A DNA stretch of 64,000 nt from Bacillota bacterium (GTDB lineage Bacteria; Bacillota; SHA-98; Ch115; JABLXJ01), in NCBI GenBank assembly GCA_013178125.1, contig JABLXJ010000006.1, positions 156,631 through 220,630 of the forward strand, in the 5' to 3' direction. Both the position numbers and the translations under genes were made by a program. How positions within the stretch are numbered: position 1 is the stretch's first letter; every line of letters starts with the position of its first letter. Positions 19,295 through 29,947 of the stretch are shown here, in pieces. The notes under the pieces were generated by a model. It saw nothing but the letters and a program-made list of their open reading frames with translations, made no database searches and was not told the origin of the DNA.

Positions 19295-20335
19295 TCAGCT
19301 CTCTTTGGGTGTCATTAAGACTCTCCTGTAGGTATCCAGGCTTTCAAGCGCTACACCTGTTCCCAGCGCCACGCAGGTCAATGGATCCTCCGTCCGCTGC
19401 ACCGGCATGCTCGTCTCCTCCGCGAGGAGCCGGTCAAGCCCCCTCAAGAGCGAGCCCCCGCCGGCCATAACGATGCCCTTATCCATTATATCCGCAGCGA
19501 GCTCGGGCGGGGTCTTCTCCAGGGTCAACCTCACAGCCTCGACGATCGCCGCCACGGGCTCGGCCAGGGCCTGCTGTATCTCATTGGCCGAGACCTTCAC
19601 CGTCTTCGGGAGGCCCGTCACCATATCGCGCCCCTTGATCTCCATGCTCTCGTCGGCATTGTCCAGGGGGTAGGCCGACCCGATCCGCTTCTTGACCTCT
19701 TCAGCCGTCCTCTCGCCTATCATGAGGTTATAGCTTCGCTTCACATGCTGCGCCACAGCCTCATCCATTTCATCCCCGGCGATGCGGATCGACTTGCTGG
19801 CAACAATCCCGCCCAGGGAGATTACGGCGATCTCAGTGGTCCCCCCGCCGACATCAACAACCATATTGCCCGTCGGTTCATGCACCGGGAGCCCCGCGCC
19901 TATGGCTGCAGCCATGGGCTCCTCGATCAAATAGGCCTCCCTCGCACCTGCCTGGAGCGCCGCGTCGATCACAGCTCGTTTCTCGACCTCCGTTACACCA
20001 GACGGCACCCCAATAACAACGCGCGGCCTGAAGAAGCCCCTTCCCCTGTGGGCCCTTGAAATGAAATGGCGTATCATGGTCTCTGTAACATCAAAATCTG
20101 CGATAACTCCATCCTTCATCGGCCTGACGACCACAATATTACCGGGGGTCCTGCCCACCATCCGGTTGGCCTCGTTGCCCACAGCCAGGACCTCGTCCGT
20201 GTCGCGCCGGATCGCGACAACCGAGGGTTCCTGCAATACTATGCCTTTACCCCTGACGTAAACCAGGGTATTGGCTGTCCCCAAGTCAATTCCCATATCC
20301 TTCGAAAAAAGGCCCAATATAGGGTCGAGTATCAT
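19295..20335 (-). CDS. mreB: Actin-like rod shape-determining protein
   Basis: [34 protein letters not shown]. Confidence 0.97.
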   Translation of the reverse strand: MILDPILGLFSKDMGIDLGTANTLVYVRGKGIVLQEPSVVAIRRDTDEVLAVGNEANRMVGRTPGNIVVVRPMKDGVIADFDVTETMIRHFISRAHRGRGFFRPRVVIGVPSGVTEVEKRAVIDAALQAGAREAYLIEEPMAAAIGAGLPVHEPTGNMVVDVGGGTTEIAVISLGGIVASKSIRIAGDEMDEAVAQHVKRSYNLMIGERTAEEVKKRIGSAYPLDNADESMEIKGRDMVTGLPKTVKVSANEIQQALAEPVAAIVEAVRLTLEKTPPELAADIMDKGIVMAGGGSLLRGLDRLLAEETSMPVQRTEDPLTCVALGTGVALESLDTYRRVLMTPKES

Positions 20336-21051
20336 GAAGTTGCGCTCCCTTCCAGCAAACCCTTCTCTCTCATACTGAGGAACTTGTTATCGCCAAGTAT
20401 GATATGATCCAGCACATCTATACCAAGGATCTTCCCGGCCTCCATCAGGCGCCCGGTTATTTTTACATCGTCCACGCTCGGCGTCGGGTCGCCGCTCGGG
20501 TGATTGTGAACCAGTATAATCCCGGCACTGCTTCGCCTGATAGCCTCCTTGAAAACCTCCCGGGGATGGCCGAGGGCCGTATCAAGGCTGCCGACTGAAA
20601 CCGTAATTATATTAAGGATTTGATTCCGTGTGTTGAGAAGCACCACCTTGAAGTGCTCGCGGTCCAAGTGGCGAACCTCTGGCATCAGAAACCTGGCCAC
20701 ATCCGCCGCGCCTGATACGGTGAAGCGCTCCAGCGGGTTCATCACTGCGACCCGCCGCCCCAACTCGAGAGCGGCCTTCAGCTGGACAGCCTTTGCGAGC
20801 CCTATTCCCTTGACCCGGGCAAGCTCCTCCGGCGCGGACTCCGCTAGCCCCCTCAACCCGCCGCAGGTCTTCATAAGCTCGTGCGCCACATCCACGACAT
20901 TCCCATCCCGCGAGCCTGTCCGCAGCACTATGGCAACAAGCTCGGCGGTCAAGAGAGCGACTGCGCCATGCTTGAGGAGTCTCTCCCTCGGGCGATCCTC
21001 CTGAGGGATCTCCTTGATGCGGATATGTGTCCTGCGTTTAGACCTTGCGAT
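20332..21051 (-). CDS. radC: RadC/JAB-domain protein (start uncertain, see findings)
   Basis: [15 protein letters not shown] upstream of the tracked ORF in the same frame; [23 protein letters not shown]. Confidence 0.9.
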   Translation of the reverse strand: MARSKRRTHIRIKEIPQEDRPRERLLKHGAVALLTAELVAIVLRTGSRDGNVVDVAHELMKTCGGLRGLAESAPEELARVKGIGLAKAVQLKAALELGRRVAVMNPLERFTVSGAADVARFLMPEVRHLDREHFKVVLLNTRNQILNIITVSVGSLDTALGHPREVFKEAIRRSSAGIILVHNHPSGDPTPSVDDVKITGRLMEAGKILGIDVLDHIILGDNKFLSMREKGLLEGSATS

Positions 21052-21084
21052 ATCACATCCCCCCGCGCTCTTCCCGTACTGCCG

Positions 21085-21729
21085 TCACATGGGTTGGAAG
21101 AGCTCGACGCCAAAATTCATCAACATGTCGCTCAGCTTCCTTATGGGGAGGCCGACGACATTGAAATAACACCCATCTATCCCATCGATGATCAGCGCGC
21201 CCCGGCCCTGTATGGCATATGCACCCGCCTTGCCGAGGGGCTCCCCCGTCCGTATATACCTTTCGATGATGTCATGTGATATGTCGCGCACCCTAACCGT
21301 GGTGATATCATGGTCAACCTGGCATCGCCCGCTCCCAGCTTCCACAAGAGCGACCCCCGATACAACCTCGTGAGCCCTCCCTGCGAGCCTCATGAGCATC
21401 CTCCTGGCATCCTCCAGGTCCCTGGGCTTGCCGATGATCTCCCCGTCCTGCACGACAACAGTATCAGAACCTATCACAAGGGCGCCATCCTCCGGGCCAT
21501 CCCCTGACCCGGTCCCAACCCTTGCGGCCACGTCTCGCGCCTTCTCGAGGGATAACCTCGAAACGAGCTCAACCGGGTCGGTGATATTGAATCCCTCCTC
21601 GTCCACGCAGCTCAGCATCACATCGAAGTCCAAGCCAAGTTGCTCCAGGACCCACTTCCTGCCTCGCGAGGCGGAAGCCAGTATCAACCTCCTCTTTTTT
21701 GCGCCCCGCATCCCTGGATCATCCTGCAT
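21085..21729 (-). CDS. maf: Maf nucleotide pyrophosphatase
   Basis: LILASAS, IGSDTVV, GKPRD, GKAGAYAIQG, NVVGLP. Confidence 0.93.
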   Translation of the reverse strand: MQDDPGMRGAKKRRLILASASRGRKWVLEQLGLDFDVMLSCVDEEGFNITDPVELVSRLSLEKARDVAARVGTGSGDGPEDGALVIGSDTVVVQDGEIIGKPRDLEDARRMLMRLAGRAHEVVSGVALVEAGSGRCQVDHDITTVRVRDISHDIIERYIRTGEPLGKAGAYAIQGRGALIIDGIDGCYFNVVGLPIRKLSDMLMNFGVELFQPM

Positions 21730-21862
21730 AGGTTGTCCTCCATCCGCCCCATTCCACCCCGAAACCATTCCCTTCTATCCCGAAAACCACCCCGAAGGCT
21801 GCTACCCCCGGGTGCTTCCCTCGGGCCGTCTCCACCCCGGAGTGGGCATACTATCGCATCTG

Positions 21863-22645
21863 CTAATCAGAGTCCAACCCAAGCTCGTCCGGGCTGGGGA
21901 TTGCAGGCAGCGACCTCTTATGCTCGCTGCGGCGCGCCAGCTCCTGGACGCGCGCCGCCACCTCGTCTGAGGCCTGGCCGTTGAGGATATAGCTGTCAAG
22001 GTCCTCATAGGACATCCCCATCTCGCCCTCATCCGTCTGACCCTCCCAGAGACCGGCTGTCGGGGGCTTGGTCCGTATACGTTCCGGTATCCCAAGGAAC
22101 GTTGCCAGCTCCCTGACCTGGGTTTTTACGAGGCTCCCGATCGGCAGGAGGTCAACGCCGCCGTCACCGTGCTTGGTGAAATAGCCTATCGTAAGCTCGC
22201 TCCTGTTCCCAGTGCCCAGCACGAGGTAATTCAACTTCGAGGCAAAATAATATAGGGTGATCATGCGGAGCCGCGGCTTGATGTTGGCAGCCGCAAGGTC
22301 GGTGGGACCGCACTCTACGCTCCCCCCTGCCCCCCATGGCTCGCCCCGGCCCCCCGCCAGAATAGACAAGAGGGCTTCATATGCCGGGCTCAGGTCCACC
22401 GTCCGCGTTGGAATGCCTAAGACACCGGCAATCTCGGCAGCGTCTCTCATATCCTCAGGGTTGCTGTGGCATGGCATTATAAGACCCAGGACTCCGCCGG
22501 GAAACGCTCGCGCTGCGAGGGCTGCCACAACAGCCGAATCTATGCCGCCGCTCAAACCCACGACCGCGCCCCTTGCCCCCGCCCCCCTGACCTTCGCCTC
22601 GAGCCACTTGACGATCTTTGCTGAAACCTTCTCAGGATTCACCAA
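21863..22645 (-). CDS. nadE: NH3-dependent NAD+ synthetase
   Basis: GLSGGIDS, NIKPRLRM, GYFTKHGDG, PTAGLWEGQTDE. Confidence 0.94.
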   Translation of the reverse strand: MVNPEKVSAKIVKWLEAKVRGAGARGAVVGLSGGIDSAVVAALAARAFPGGVLGLIMPCHSNPEDMRDAAEIAGVLGIPTRTVDLSPAYEALLSILAGGRGEPWGAGGSVECGPTDLAAANIKPRLRMITLYYFASKLNYLVLGTGNRSELTIGYFTKHGDGGVDLLPIGSLVKTQVRELATFLGIPERIRTKPPTAGLWEGQTDEGEMGMSYEDLDSYILNGQASDEVAARVQELARRSEHKRSLPAIPSPDELGLDSD

Positions 22646-22682
22646 CCTTCACCCCGGATAGACTCATTCTCACTTTACAACC

Positions 22683-23585
22683 TCACTTTGCAACACAGCA
22701 CCCTCCCGGGCCCTCAGTCCCCGTCGAGAGGCCTTTCCCTGCGCCCACCCCACCCGTCACGACGGTATGCAAATCCCTTTGACTTGTCATGACTATGCAC
22801 CTGGTCGGGCACTTCTCAACGCACTTCCCGCAGTTATCGCACTTATCAGGGATAATCCTGGCGAGATTATCCTCGAGCACGATAGCAGAATTCGGACAGG
22901 TCTTGACGCAAATCCCGCAGCCTATACACCCGACCTTGCACACCTTCCTGACCTCGGCCCCCCGCGCGTGCGACCTGCAGAGGACCTGGGTCCTCGCGGA
23001 CACCGGCACAAGGGCTATGATGCCCCGCGGGCAGGCTTCGATGCACTTACCGCAACCCGTGCACTTCGCCTCGTCAATGACCGGGAGGCCGTCCGCCCCC
23101 ATCTCCATGGCCCCAAATGGGCATGCCTTCACGCACGTCCCAAACCCGAGGCAGCCGAACGTGCACGCTTTCGGCCCCCCGCTCACAAGCCCGGCAGCCC
23201 CGCAATCCCTTATGCCTATATATGCAAATCTGCTCGTCGCCTTATCTTCGCCGCCCCCACACATGACCTTCGCCACCTGGCGTTCCCTGGCAGGGGCAGG
23301 CTGGACGCCCATGATCTCGGATACCCTATCAGCCACAACCTGGCCCCCGACCGGGCATGCATCAACAGGGGCCGAACCCGTTACAATGGCCGACGCCAGG
23401 CCGCTACACCCCGGATAACCACACCCGCCGCAATTCGCACCCGGCAGGACCCCGGTGATCTTCTCGACCCGGGGATCAGACTCCACCGCGAACTTCCTCG
23501 CCGCAAGGCCAAGCATGATCCCAAATACCGCCCCCAGGCCCGCAAGACTCAGAATAGCCTTGAGATACACCATTTCAGTTGCCAC
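22683..23585 (-). CDS. rnfB: Rnf complex subunit B
   Basis: LPGANCGGCGYPGC plus multiple CxxCxxCxxxCP ferredoxin motifs. Confidence 0.93.
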   Translation of the reverse strand: MATEMVYLKAILSLAGLGAVFGIMLGLAARKFAVESDPRVEKITGVLPGANCGGCGYPGCSGLASAIVTGSAPVDACPVGGQVVADRVSEIMGVQPAPARERQVAKVMCGGGEDKATSRFAYIGIRDCGAAGLVSGGPKACTFGCLGFGTCVKACPFGAMEMGADGLPVIDEAKCTGCGKCIEACPRGIIALVPVSARTQVLCRSHARGAEVRKVCKVGCIGCGICVKTCPNSAIVLEDNLARIIPDKCDNCGKCVEKCPTRCIVMTSQRDLHTVVTGGVGAGKGLSTGTEGPGGCCVAK

Positions 23586-23692
23586 GCTCCTCTCCCCACG
23601 TCTCTGAGCCTACCCATCCTTCTGCGATTACCTATGCCCTGGAACTACCCATGATCTAATCTGGGAACTACCCATGACACCGCGCCCCGCCA

Positions 23693-24289
23693 TCACAGGC
23701 CGAACAGCGCCGCCAGTTTGAAGCCTGTGAATCCCAGGAAGGCAATAGACATGAGGCCCGCCGTTATCAAAGCCAGCGGGAATCCCTTCAGGGCTTCAGG
23801 GATCGGCGCGAAATCAAGCCTTTCGCGTATTCCGGCGAACAACACTATGGCGAGCGTGAAGCCGGCCGCGCCTGCTATGCCGTTGACGGCAGTCTGGATG
23901 ATATCATAGTTCTCGCGTATGTTTATGATAGCCACGCCGAGCACTGCGCAATTCGTGGTGATGAGCGGAAGGTAAATGCCGAGCGCCTGGTACAACGTCG
24001 GGCTTACCTTCAGGATCACCATCTCGACGAGCTGGACGAGGGCGGCTATCACCAGGATGAAGGCGATGGTCTGCAGGTAACCCAGGTGGAGCGGGACCAG
24101 GATATAATACTGGACCGCCCAGGTGATCACCGAGGCCACGGCCATCACGAAGATGACCGCCATCCCCATGCCCGTCGCAGTCTCTATCCGCTTCGATACC
24201 CCTATGAACGGGCAGATGCCCAGAAATCTCGACAGGATAAAATTATTAAGAAGAACCCCCGCAAAGAATATCACGAGGAGGTCCCGCAT
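23693..24289 (-). CDS. rnfA: Rnf complex subunit A
   Basis: FLGICPFIGVS, LGIYLPLITTNCAVLG. Confidence 0.94.
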   Translation of the reverse strand: MRDLLVIFFAGVLLNNFILSRFLGICPFIGVSKRIETATGMGMAVIFVMAVASVITWAVQYYILVPLHLGYLQTIAFILVIAALVQLVEMVILKVSPTLYQALGIYLPLITTNCAVLGVAIINIRENYDIIQTAVNGIAGAAGFTLAIVLFAGIRERLDFAPIPEALKGFPLALITAGLMSIAFLGFTGFKLAALFGL

Positions 24290-24576
24290 TGTCCTCACTC
24301 TCCTCTGATCATAGCTGAAACAGGCCCGAAATGCAACTACACCCAGGTATTACTTCTATCCAACCAAGCCACTATTTAACTAGATCTTTACTACTATGCC
24401 ATCCGCCTATGTGGGCCATACTCCCCACTCGCCCGCCCGCCCGTTACACCATGCCAAGGACCATTGCGCCTTACCGAGTCACTATACTCCCGCTATACCA
24501 TACCCTGCCCCCACCCCGGCCCCGGCCATTGCATCGTCCCCGGCTCCCCCGGATATTGCCATGGCTCTCTCGGCTC

Positions 24577-25191
24577 TTACGCCTTGCGCCTCGTCAGGGT
24601 GTTTATCAACCCGATGAGCAGGCCAAGGGTTATGAACGCGCCCGGCGGGAGCAGCATCATGACTGGAGCGAGGTCTTTATTAAAGATATGGATCCCTGCG
24701 AAGCCGAAATCGGGCGCCGCGAGGATCGTCCCCGTCCCTACCAGCTCCCTGATCGCGCTCAGGAGCGTGAGCGCCAGCGTGAACCCGAGCCCCATGCCGA
24801 GCCCGTCAGCCAGCGAGTTCACGACAGGGTTCTTGGAGGCAAAGGCCTCCGCCCTCGCCAGGATGATGCAGTTGACGACGATCAACGGGATGAATATTCC
24901 AAGCACCTTGTGGAGCCCCGGGGTGAACGCCGCCATCACGAGATCGACGATGGTTACGAACGAGGCTATGACAACCACGAAGCAAGGTATCCTGATCTTT
25001 GGGGGGATGAACGACCTGAGCAGCGAGACGATGACATTCGATCCCACCAGGACGAAGGTTGCCGCTATCCCCATACCTATCCCGTTCGTAATGGCCAGGC
25101 TCGTTGCGAGAACAGGACACATGCCAATCAAGAGGCGAAAGGTCGGGTTCTCATTGCCTATCCCATTCTTGAAATCAGAGAAAACGCTCAT
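24577..25191 (-). CDS. rnfE: Rnf complex subunit E
   Basis: ENPTFRLLIGMCPVLA, IPLIVVNCII, LPPGAF. Confidence 0.94.
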   Translation of the reverse strand: MSVFSDFKNGIGNENPTFRLLIGMCPVLATSLAITNGIGMGIAATFVLVGSNVIVSLLRSFIPPKIRIPCFVVVIASFVTIVDLVMAAFTPGLHKVLGIFIPLIVVNCIILARAEAFASKNPVVNSLADGLGMGLGFTLALTLLSAIRELVGTGTILAAPDFGFAGIHIFNKDLAPVMMLLPPGAFITLGLLIGLINTLTRRKA

Positions 25192-25772
25192 TTCCCCACA
25201 ACCCCCTTGGAAAGCATCAACTGAAACGCACGAAGCGCCGCTTCAACTCCCTTTGTAACGGCCCGGGATGAAATCGTCGCCCCTGTAAGGGCCTGTATGT
25301 CTCCGCCATCCTTTGTCAGCTTAACGGGGGAGCCCGCGACCTTGCCCTTGAACCTCCCCTCGAAATCCTGGCTCGCGACGTTGGCCCCGAGCCCCGGGGT
25401 CTCCTGCTGGTTGATGACCGTCACACCCTGGACGACACCATCCAGCGATATCCCGACGATGCTCTCAATCGGCCCACCATACCCGGCGGGGGCAACGCGG
25501 ACCGCCACCCCGACGGGCCTTCCATCGGCATAACCCACATAGAGGCCCTGGACGATCGACAGGTCGGCCCCCGTTAGGTCCGTCTTCACCTTTTCCGTCT
25601 CATCCCTGAATTCCCTCGCCGATGCGAGGACGCTCTCCAGCGCATGCTCCTCCTCGAGGGCCTTCTGGGCGGCTATGCGGTCCTCGGTCACATTATTTAC
25701 ATAAGCAAGAACAGCGGCGGCAACGCCGCATATTAACATCAATATGACACCAAGCCTTATAACATCACGCAC
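25188..25772 (-). CDS. rnfG: Rnf complex subunit G (flavinylated)
   Basis: GYGGPI, QETPGLG, FMNylation motif LTGATISS. Confidence 0.93.
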   Translation of the reverse strand: MRDVIRLGVILMLICGVAAAVLAYVNNVTEDRIAAQKALEEEHALESVLASAREFRDETEKVKTDLTGADLSIVQGLYVGYADGRPVGVAVRVAPAGYGGPIESIVGISLDGVVQGVTVINQQETPGLGANVASQDFEGRFKGKVAGSPVKLTKDGGDIQALTGATISSRAVTKGVEAALRAFQLMLSKGVVGK

Positions 25773-26739
25773 CCCGCCGCACCTCCCCAAATTTTCTCGG
25801 CCTCGTGAATTTGTCGAGCACGGCCGTAGTTGCGTCCATTATGAGAATCGCGTAACATACCCCTTCCGGGTACCCGCCGAAGAGCCTGATCATCACGGTT
25901 AGGACGCCGCATCCAATGCCAAAGAGGGCCTGACCCCTTGGCGTCACAGGCGTGCTCACGTAGTCGGTGGCCATGAAGAAGGCGCCGATCATAAGCCCGC
26001 CGGCCAGGATATGAAACAGCGGGTCCTGCCCGAAGAGGGCCGACAGCACCGCAACCGTTCCGATGAAATAGCCTGGTATCCTGAAGGTTATGTGGCCGCG
26101 CCATATGAGGTAGAGCGCGCCCAGGAGTATGGCGGGGACCGATGTCTCACCGATGCTCCCTGCCACGTTCCCGAAGAAGAGGGCCGCGTACGGGGTCTTG
26201 ATCCCCGATAGCTTCAGGAGCGCGAGCGGCGTTGCCGTCGTGAGGGCATCGAACCCCTGCATCCAAGGCGCCTGGCTCACGGGCCACACCCACCGGGTCA
26301 TCAGCACCGGCCACGATGCAAGGAGCACGGCCCGCCCTATGAGAGCCGGGTTAAAGGGATTCTGCCCGAGCCCGCCGAAGACATGCTTTGCAACCCCGAT
26401 CGCCACGATCGAACCGATGGCCGGGATCCAGAGCGGGACCGTCGGCGGCAAGACTAGGGCGAGCAAGAGGCCTGCAACGGCCGCACTGTAGTCATTTATA
26501 GTGACCGGTTTGTGCAGGGCCTTCTGTATCACAGCCTCTGTAATGATAGCAAAGGCGACGCCCACAAGGATTACAAGGAGGGCCTGCAATTTGAAGAATA
26601 GGATTCCCATTGCGCTCGCCGGGATCAGGGCGATGATGACGTCTCGCATGATCTGTGGCGTCGCGATGGGCGACCTCAGGTGCGGGGACGACGAGACAAT
26701 CAACCTCTTCTCAGCCATGGTATCAATGTTATCAGCCAT
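25765..26739 (-). CDS. rnfD: Rnf complex subunit D
   Basis: SSSPH, FGGLGQNPFNPA, DALTTATPL, FMATD, YPEGV. Confidence 0.94.
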   Translation of the reverse strand: MADNIDTMAEKRLIVSSSPHLRSPIATPQIMRDVIIALIPASAMGILFFKLQALLVILVGVAFAIITEAVIQKALHKPVTINDYSAAVAGLLLALVLPPTVPLWIPAIGSIVAIGVAKHVFGGLGQNPFNPALIGRAVLLASWPVLMTRWVWPVSQAPWMQGFDALTTATPLALLKLSGIKTPYAALFFGNVAGSIGETSVPAILLGALYLIWRGHITFRIPGYFIGTVAVLSALFGQDPLFHILAGGLMIGAFFMATDYVSTPVTPRGQALFGIGCGVLTVMIRLFGGYPEGVCYAILIMDATTAVLDKFTRPRKFGEVRRGA

Positions 26740-26754
26740 ACGCTACCCCTCCCT

Positions 26755-28083
26755 CTACTGTTTCTTCCGCCGCCTGGCCATTATCTCGGATTTCGCGAGC
26801 CTTATAGCCTGCACAAGGGGCCGGCGCGAGGGACAGATATAGCCGCATGAGCCGCACTCTATGCAGTCCAGGGCATTATACTCCTCAGCCTCGTCGAAAC
26901 GCCCGGCCTCGGCCCGCTGGCTTATGAAGAGGGGCAGGAGCCGCATGGGACAAGCCCCAACGCACTTGCCGCAACGGACGCAGGGCATGGATGTATCCTC
27001 GACCTCGACCTCGTCTTTCGAGAGGGCCAGCACCCCGGAGGTCCCCTTGGTGACCGGGACGTCGGTGGAGAACTGCGCAACCCCCATCATCGGCCCGCCG
27101 ATGATCACCTTGGCAGGCTCCTTCACAAACCCGCCACACTCCTCTATCAGATCGCCTATTGCAGTTCCGATCTTGACTTTTAGATTCTGAGGCTCCCGTA
27201 TGCATGAGCCTGCGACGGTTACAACGCGCTCAACCAGCGGCATGCCCTTCTCCAGCGCCTCAGCGACAGCGACCGCGGTGCCGACGTTATTGACGACAAC
27301 GCCCACGTCCACAGGCAGGCCGCCAGAAGGGATCTCCCTGCCGAGAATCGCCTTCACCAGCTGCTTTTCTGCGCCCTGGGGATACTTCGTGGCAAGCACC
27401 ACCACCTCGATCCCGGGCACGCCCGATGCAGCCCGCCTCATAGCTTCAATTGCGTCGGGCTTGTTATCCTCGATCCCGAGAAAGGCCCGATCCACCCCGG
27501 CCGCCTTCATAAGGGCCCTTATGCCGTATGTGACATCATTGGGCCGCTCGAGCATGATGCGGTGGTCTGCAGTCAAATATGGCTCGCACTCGCTCCCGTT
27601 CACTACCAGGGTATCAAACCTCTTCCCCGGAGGTGGCACGAGCTTGAAGTAGGTTGGAAAGGCAGCGCCCCCGAGCCCCACGATGCCCGCATCCCGGATG
27701 ATGCCCACTATATCCCCGGGAGAAAGGTTCTCAATCGTCCCACGGGGCTTGACATCGGGCGAGAGCTGCTGTTCACCATCGGATTCGATGACGACGGAGT
27801 TCACAAGGCGCCCCCCGCTCTGCAGGTAATAGCCTATCGCAGCGACCTTGCCGGACACGCTGGCATGGACGGGCGCCGTCAACTTAGCCGGGCTATCCCC
27901 GATCTTCTGACCCACCAGGACGTGATCCCCGGCCTTGACAAGGGGTTCGCACGGAGCCCCCGTATGCTGGTGGAGAGGGATGGTAACCCTGGCGGGCAGC
28001 CTCGCCTGCCTGACTGGTTTCGATGCAGTGGATTCCTTAGAGTAAGGAACATGGGTGCCCCCCAGAAAACTACGCAAATTCAT
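26755..28083 (-). CDS. rnfC: Rnf complex subunit C
   Basis: QHTGAP, VHASVSG, GLGGAAFPT, ECEPYLTAD, GGPMMG, two 4Fe-4S motifs. Confidence 0.95.
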   Translation of the reverse strand: MNLRSFLGGTHVPYSKESTASKPVRQARLPARVTIPLHQHTGAPCEPLVKAGDHVLVGQKIGDSPAKLTAPVHASVSGKVAAIGYYLQSGGRLVNSVVIESDGEQQLSPDVKPRGTIENLSPGDIVGIIRDAGIVGLGGAAFPTYFKLVPPPGKRFDTLVVNGSECEPYLTADHRIMLERPNDVTYGIRALMKAAGVDRAFLGIEDNKPDAIEAMRRAASGVPGIEVVVLATKYPQGAEKQLVKAILGREIPSGGLPVDVGVVVNNVGTAVAVAEALEKGMPLVERVVTVAGSCIREPQNLKVKIGTAIGDLIEECGGFVKEPAKVIIGGPMMGVAQFSTDVPVTKGTSGVLALSKDEVEVEDTSMPCVRCGKCVGACPMRLLPLFISQRAEAGRFDEAEEYNALDCIECGSCGYICPSRRPLVQAIRLAKSEIMARRRKKQ

Positions 28084-28270
28084 AAATGCATATCGCCACC
28101 CCACGAAAAGATTATTTAGGAAAATAAATCCGGCCCGGCCGCATCGTGGCCGGCAGGGGATTAACTGGAATTACGGCCAACAAGGAAATGAGGGGTGTTA
28201 CCCCTCTCAGTAGCACTCCGACTCCGGTATCCCCTTAGCCTTATTATCGCGCCGGATTCCCAAAAAATTA

Positions 28271-28299
28271 TTATTCTACAGCCGCACAAGAATTCCTCT
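28271..28299 (-). promoter_or_regulatory. SigH-like promoter upstream of rnfC
   Basis: AGAGGAATT-N11-GTAGAATAA matches the B. subtilis SigH consensus RNAGGAWWW-N11/12-RNNGAAT. Confidence 0.55.
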
Positions 28300-28407
28300 T
28301 ACAGTTATATGGCTTAGATATAGCCCAAATATAGTAACTCAGATATAGCCCGAACACCGCCAACTTAGATGGCGCGAACTTAGATAGTTAGATAGCGCGC
28401 CCCCCCT

Positions 28408-29277
28408 TTAGCTTTCTATAGTCCCCTTTTGACCTTCTACAGGCCTTGTCATCCTCCCGCTCAATCCCGGCCTCAGGTAGGCAAACCAATAGGCGACCCC
28501 GACGAACAGGGCCCCTCCGATCACATTCCCGATCGTTACGGGGAGGAGGTTCTTGAATATGAAAGCGGTCCATGTGAGCCCCATGGCACCCGTCCCGGCC
28601 CCGGCGATGCCAGGGGCAGCCTTTAAAAACAATCCCATAGGAATATAATACATATTTGCGATGCTATGTTCAAACCCGCTGGCCACGAAACTGGTAATAA
28701 TGAAAAAAATGGCAGCAATCTTGCCTATCACATCGTCCGCGGCGTAGGCCGCCCACACCGCGAGGCAGACCAGCCAGTTACATAGAATCCCCCTGGTGAA
28801 GGCCTCCCCGAAAGTCAGATTGACCTTCGCCGTAGCGATATTCACAGCCGACGAGCCCAGCCCGAGGTTATTCAGCTTCCAGAGGCCCGACGCATAGACC
28901 AGGCCCGCGAGGATCAGTGATCCCGCAAAATTCGCTAGATATACCCAGAGCCAGTTCCTGAGAAGCCCCCCCGGCCTTATCTTACCGTCCAGGAGGCTCA
29001 CGAGCATGAGGCTGTTCCCGGTGAAAAGCTCTGCCCCGCAAATGATGACCATCATCAGCCCAACAGAAAAGATGGCTCCGCTCAGAAACTTCGACACCCC
29101 AACGCCGGCAAAAGTGCTCAAATCTTGCGTCACCGTCATCGACACCTGAGCGCCGAACCCGATGAACACCCCGGCCATCAGGCCAAGCACTACGAGAACG
29201 CTGGTCGCCATCGAGGCCTTCTTCTCCCCGGCGTTCGAGACGACCTGGGCGATCTCGGCAGGAGAACGTACCGCCAT
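28408..29277 (-). CDS. Formate/nitrite transporter (FocA/FdhC family)
   Basis: GAELFTGN, GILCNWLVCLAVW, GFEHSIANM, GNVIGG. Confidence 0.93.
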   Translation of the reverse strand: MAVRSPAEIAQVVSNAGEKKASMATSVLVVLGLMAGVFIGFGAQVSMTVTQDLSTFAGVGVSKFLSGAIFSVGLMMVIICGAELFTGNSLMLVSLLDGKIRPGGLLRNWLWVYLANFAGSLILAGLVYASGLWKLNNLGLGSSAVNIATAKVNLTFGEAFTRGILCNWLVCLAVWAAYAADDVIGKIAAIFFIITSFVASGFEHSIANMYYIPMGLFLKAAPGIAGAGTGAMGLTWTAFIFKNLLPVTIGNVIGGALFVGVAYWFAYLRPGLSGRMTRPVEGQKGTIES

Positions 29278-29421
29278 GCTACCCACCTCACTCATATCAT
29301 ATAAGGTTGACCCCTGTCGCCTGAATTCCCACCCTCGTCTCCAGCTCTCCGAGCCCCCGTGGCCCCGTAACCCATAACCGGTGAATTGGTCTAGACCTAT
29401 AAGAAGAAACACTAAACTGGT

Positions 29422-29844
29422 CTAGACCTGTAAGAGATCTCTGTCGCCGGGGAAGAAGAGTCCTGCTTCGCGAATATAGCTCTCGACCGAATCGGAACCG
29501 TGGATGACATTGCGAGGCAACTCCCCGCCGAAATCCCCGCGTATTGTCCCAGCGGCGGCATCAACCGGGTTTGTTGCGCCGATGAGGTTTCGCGCGATCT
29601 TGATGGCATTTTCCCTTTCCAGCACCGCCACGACCGCCGGCCCCTCTGTTATCGCCTCGAGGAGCCCATCAAAGAAGGGCTTCCCCGCCAGGTGCGCATA
29701 GTGTCGCTCTGCGAGGGCCCGCTCTATCTGCCTCATCTCGAGCCTCAGGATCTTAAAGCTCCTCCGCTCAAATCTCTCAAGGACCGTCCCTACGAGCCCC
29801 CGTGCAACCCCGTCGGGTTTGACTATGATAAGTGTACGTTCCAT
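29422..29844 (-). CDS. ndk: Nucleoside diphosphate kinase
   Basis: ERTLIIVKPDGV, GTIRGDF, NVIHGSDS. Confidence 0.95.
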   Translation of the reverse strand: MERTLIIVKPDGVARGLVGTVLERFERRSFKILRLEMRQIERALAERHYAHLAGKPFFDGLLEAITEGPAVVAVLERENAIKIARNLIGATNPVDAAAGTIRGDFGGELPRNVIHGSDSVESYIREAGLFFPGDRDLLQV

Positions 29845-29893
29845 AATATCGACTCCTGTCTTGCGAGGTGATATCAATTCCCGGTGCCCAATT

Positions 29894-29937
29894 CCTGGCG
29901 CCGGGGTCTCCACAAAAACCAGGGGCCCCGGCGCCAG
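29894..29937. other. GC-rich hairpin between fhs and ndk (RNA stability element or attenuator)
   Basis: CCTGGCGCCGGGG...CCCCGGCGCCAGG inverted repeat. Confidence 0.5.
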
Positions 29938-29947
29938 GCATCCATTT

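Noticed and set aside
20332..21051. radC as marker of a mobile element
   Set aside because: Full-length HhH+JAB form in the standard maf-radC-mreB context
24299..24576. Extra small gene between rnfE and rnfA
   Set aside because: Only a 26-codon Gly/Ala low-complexity frame with no convincing RBS; fits the stutter-type spacer expansion
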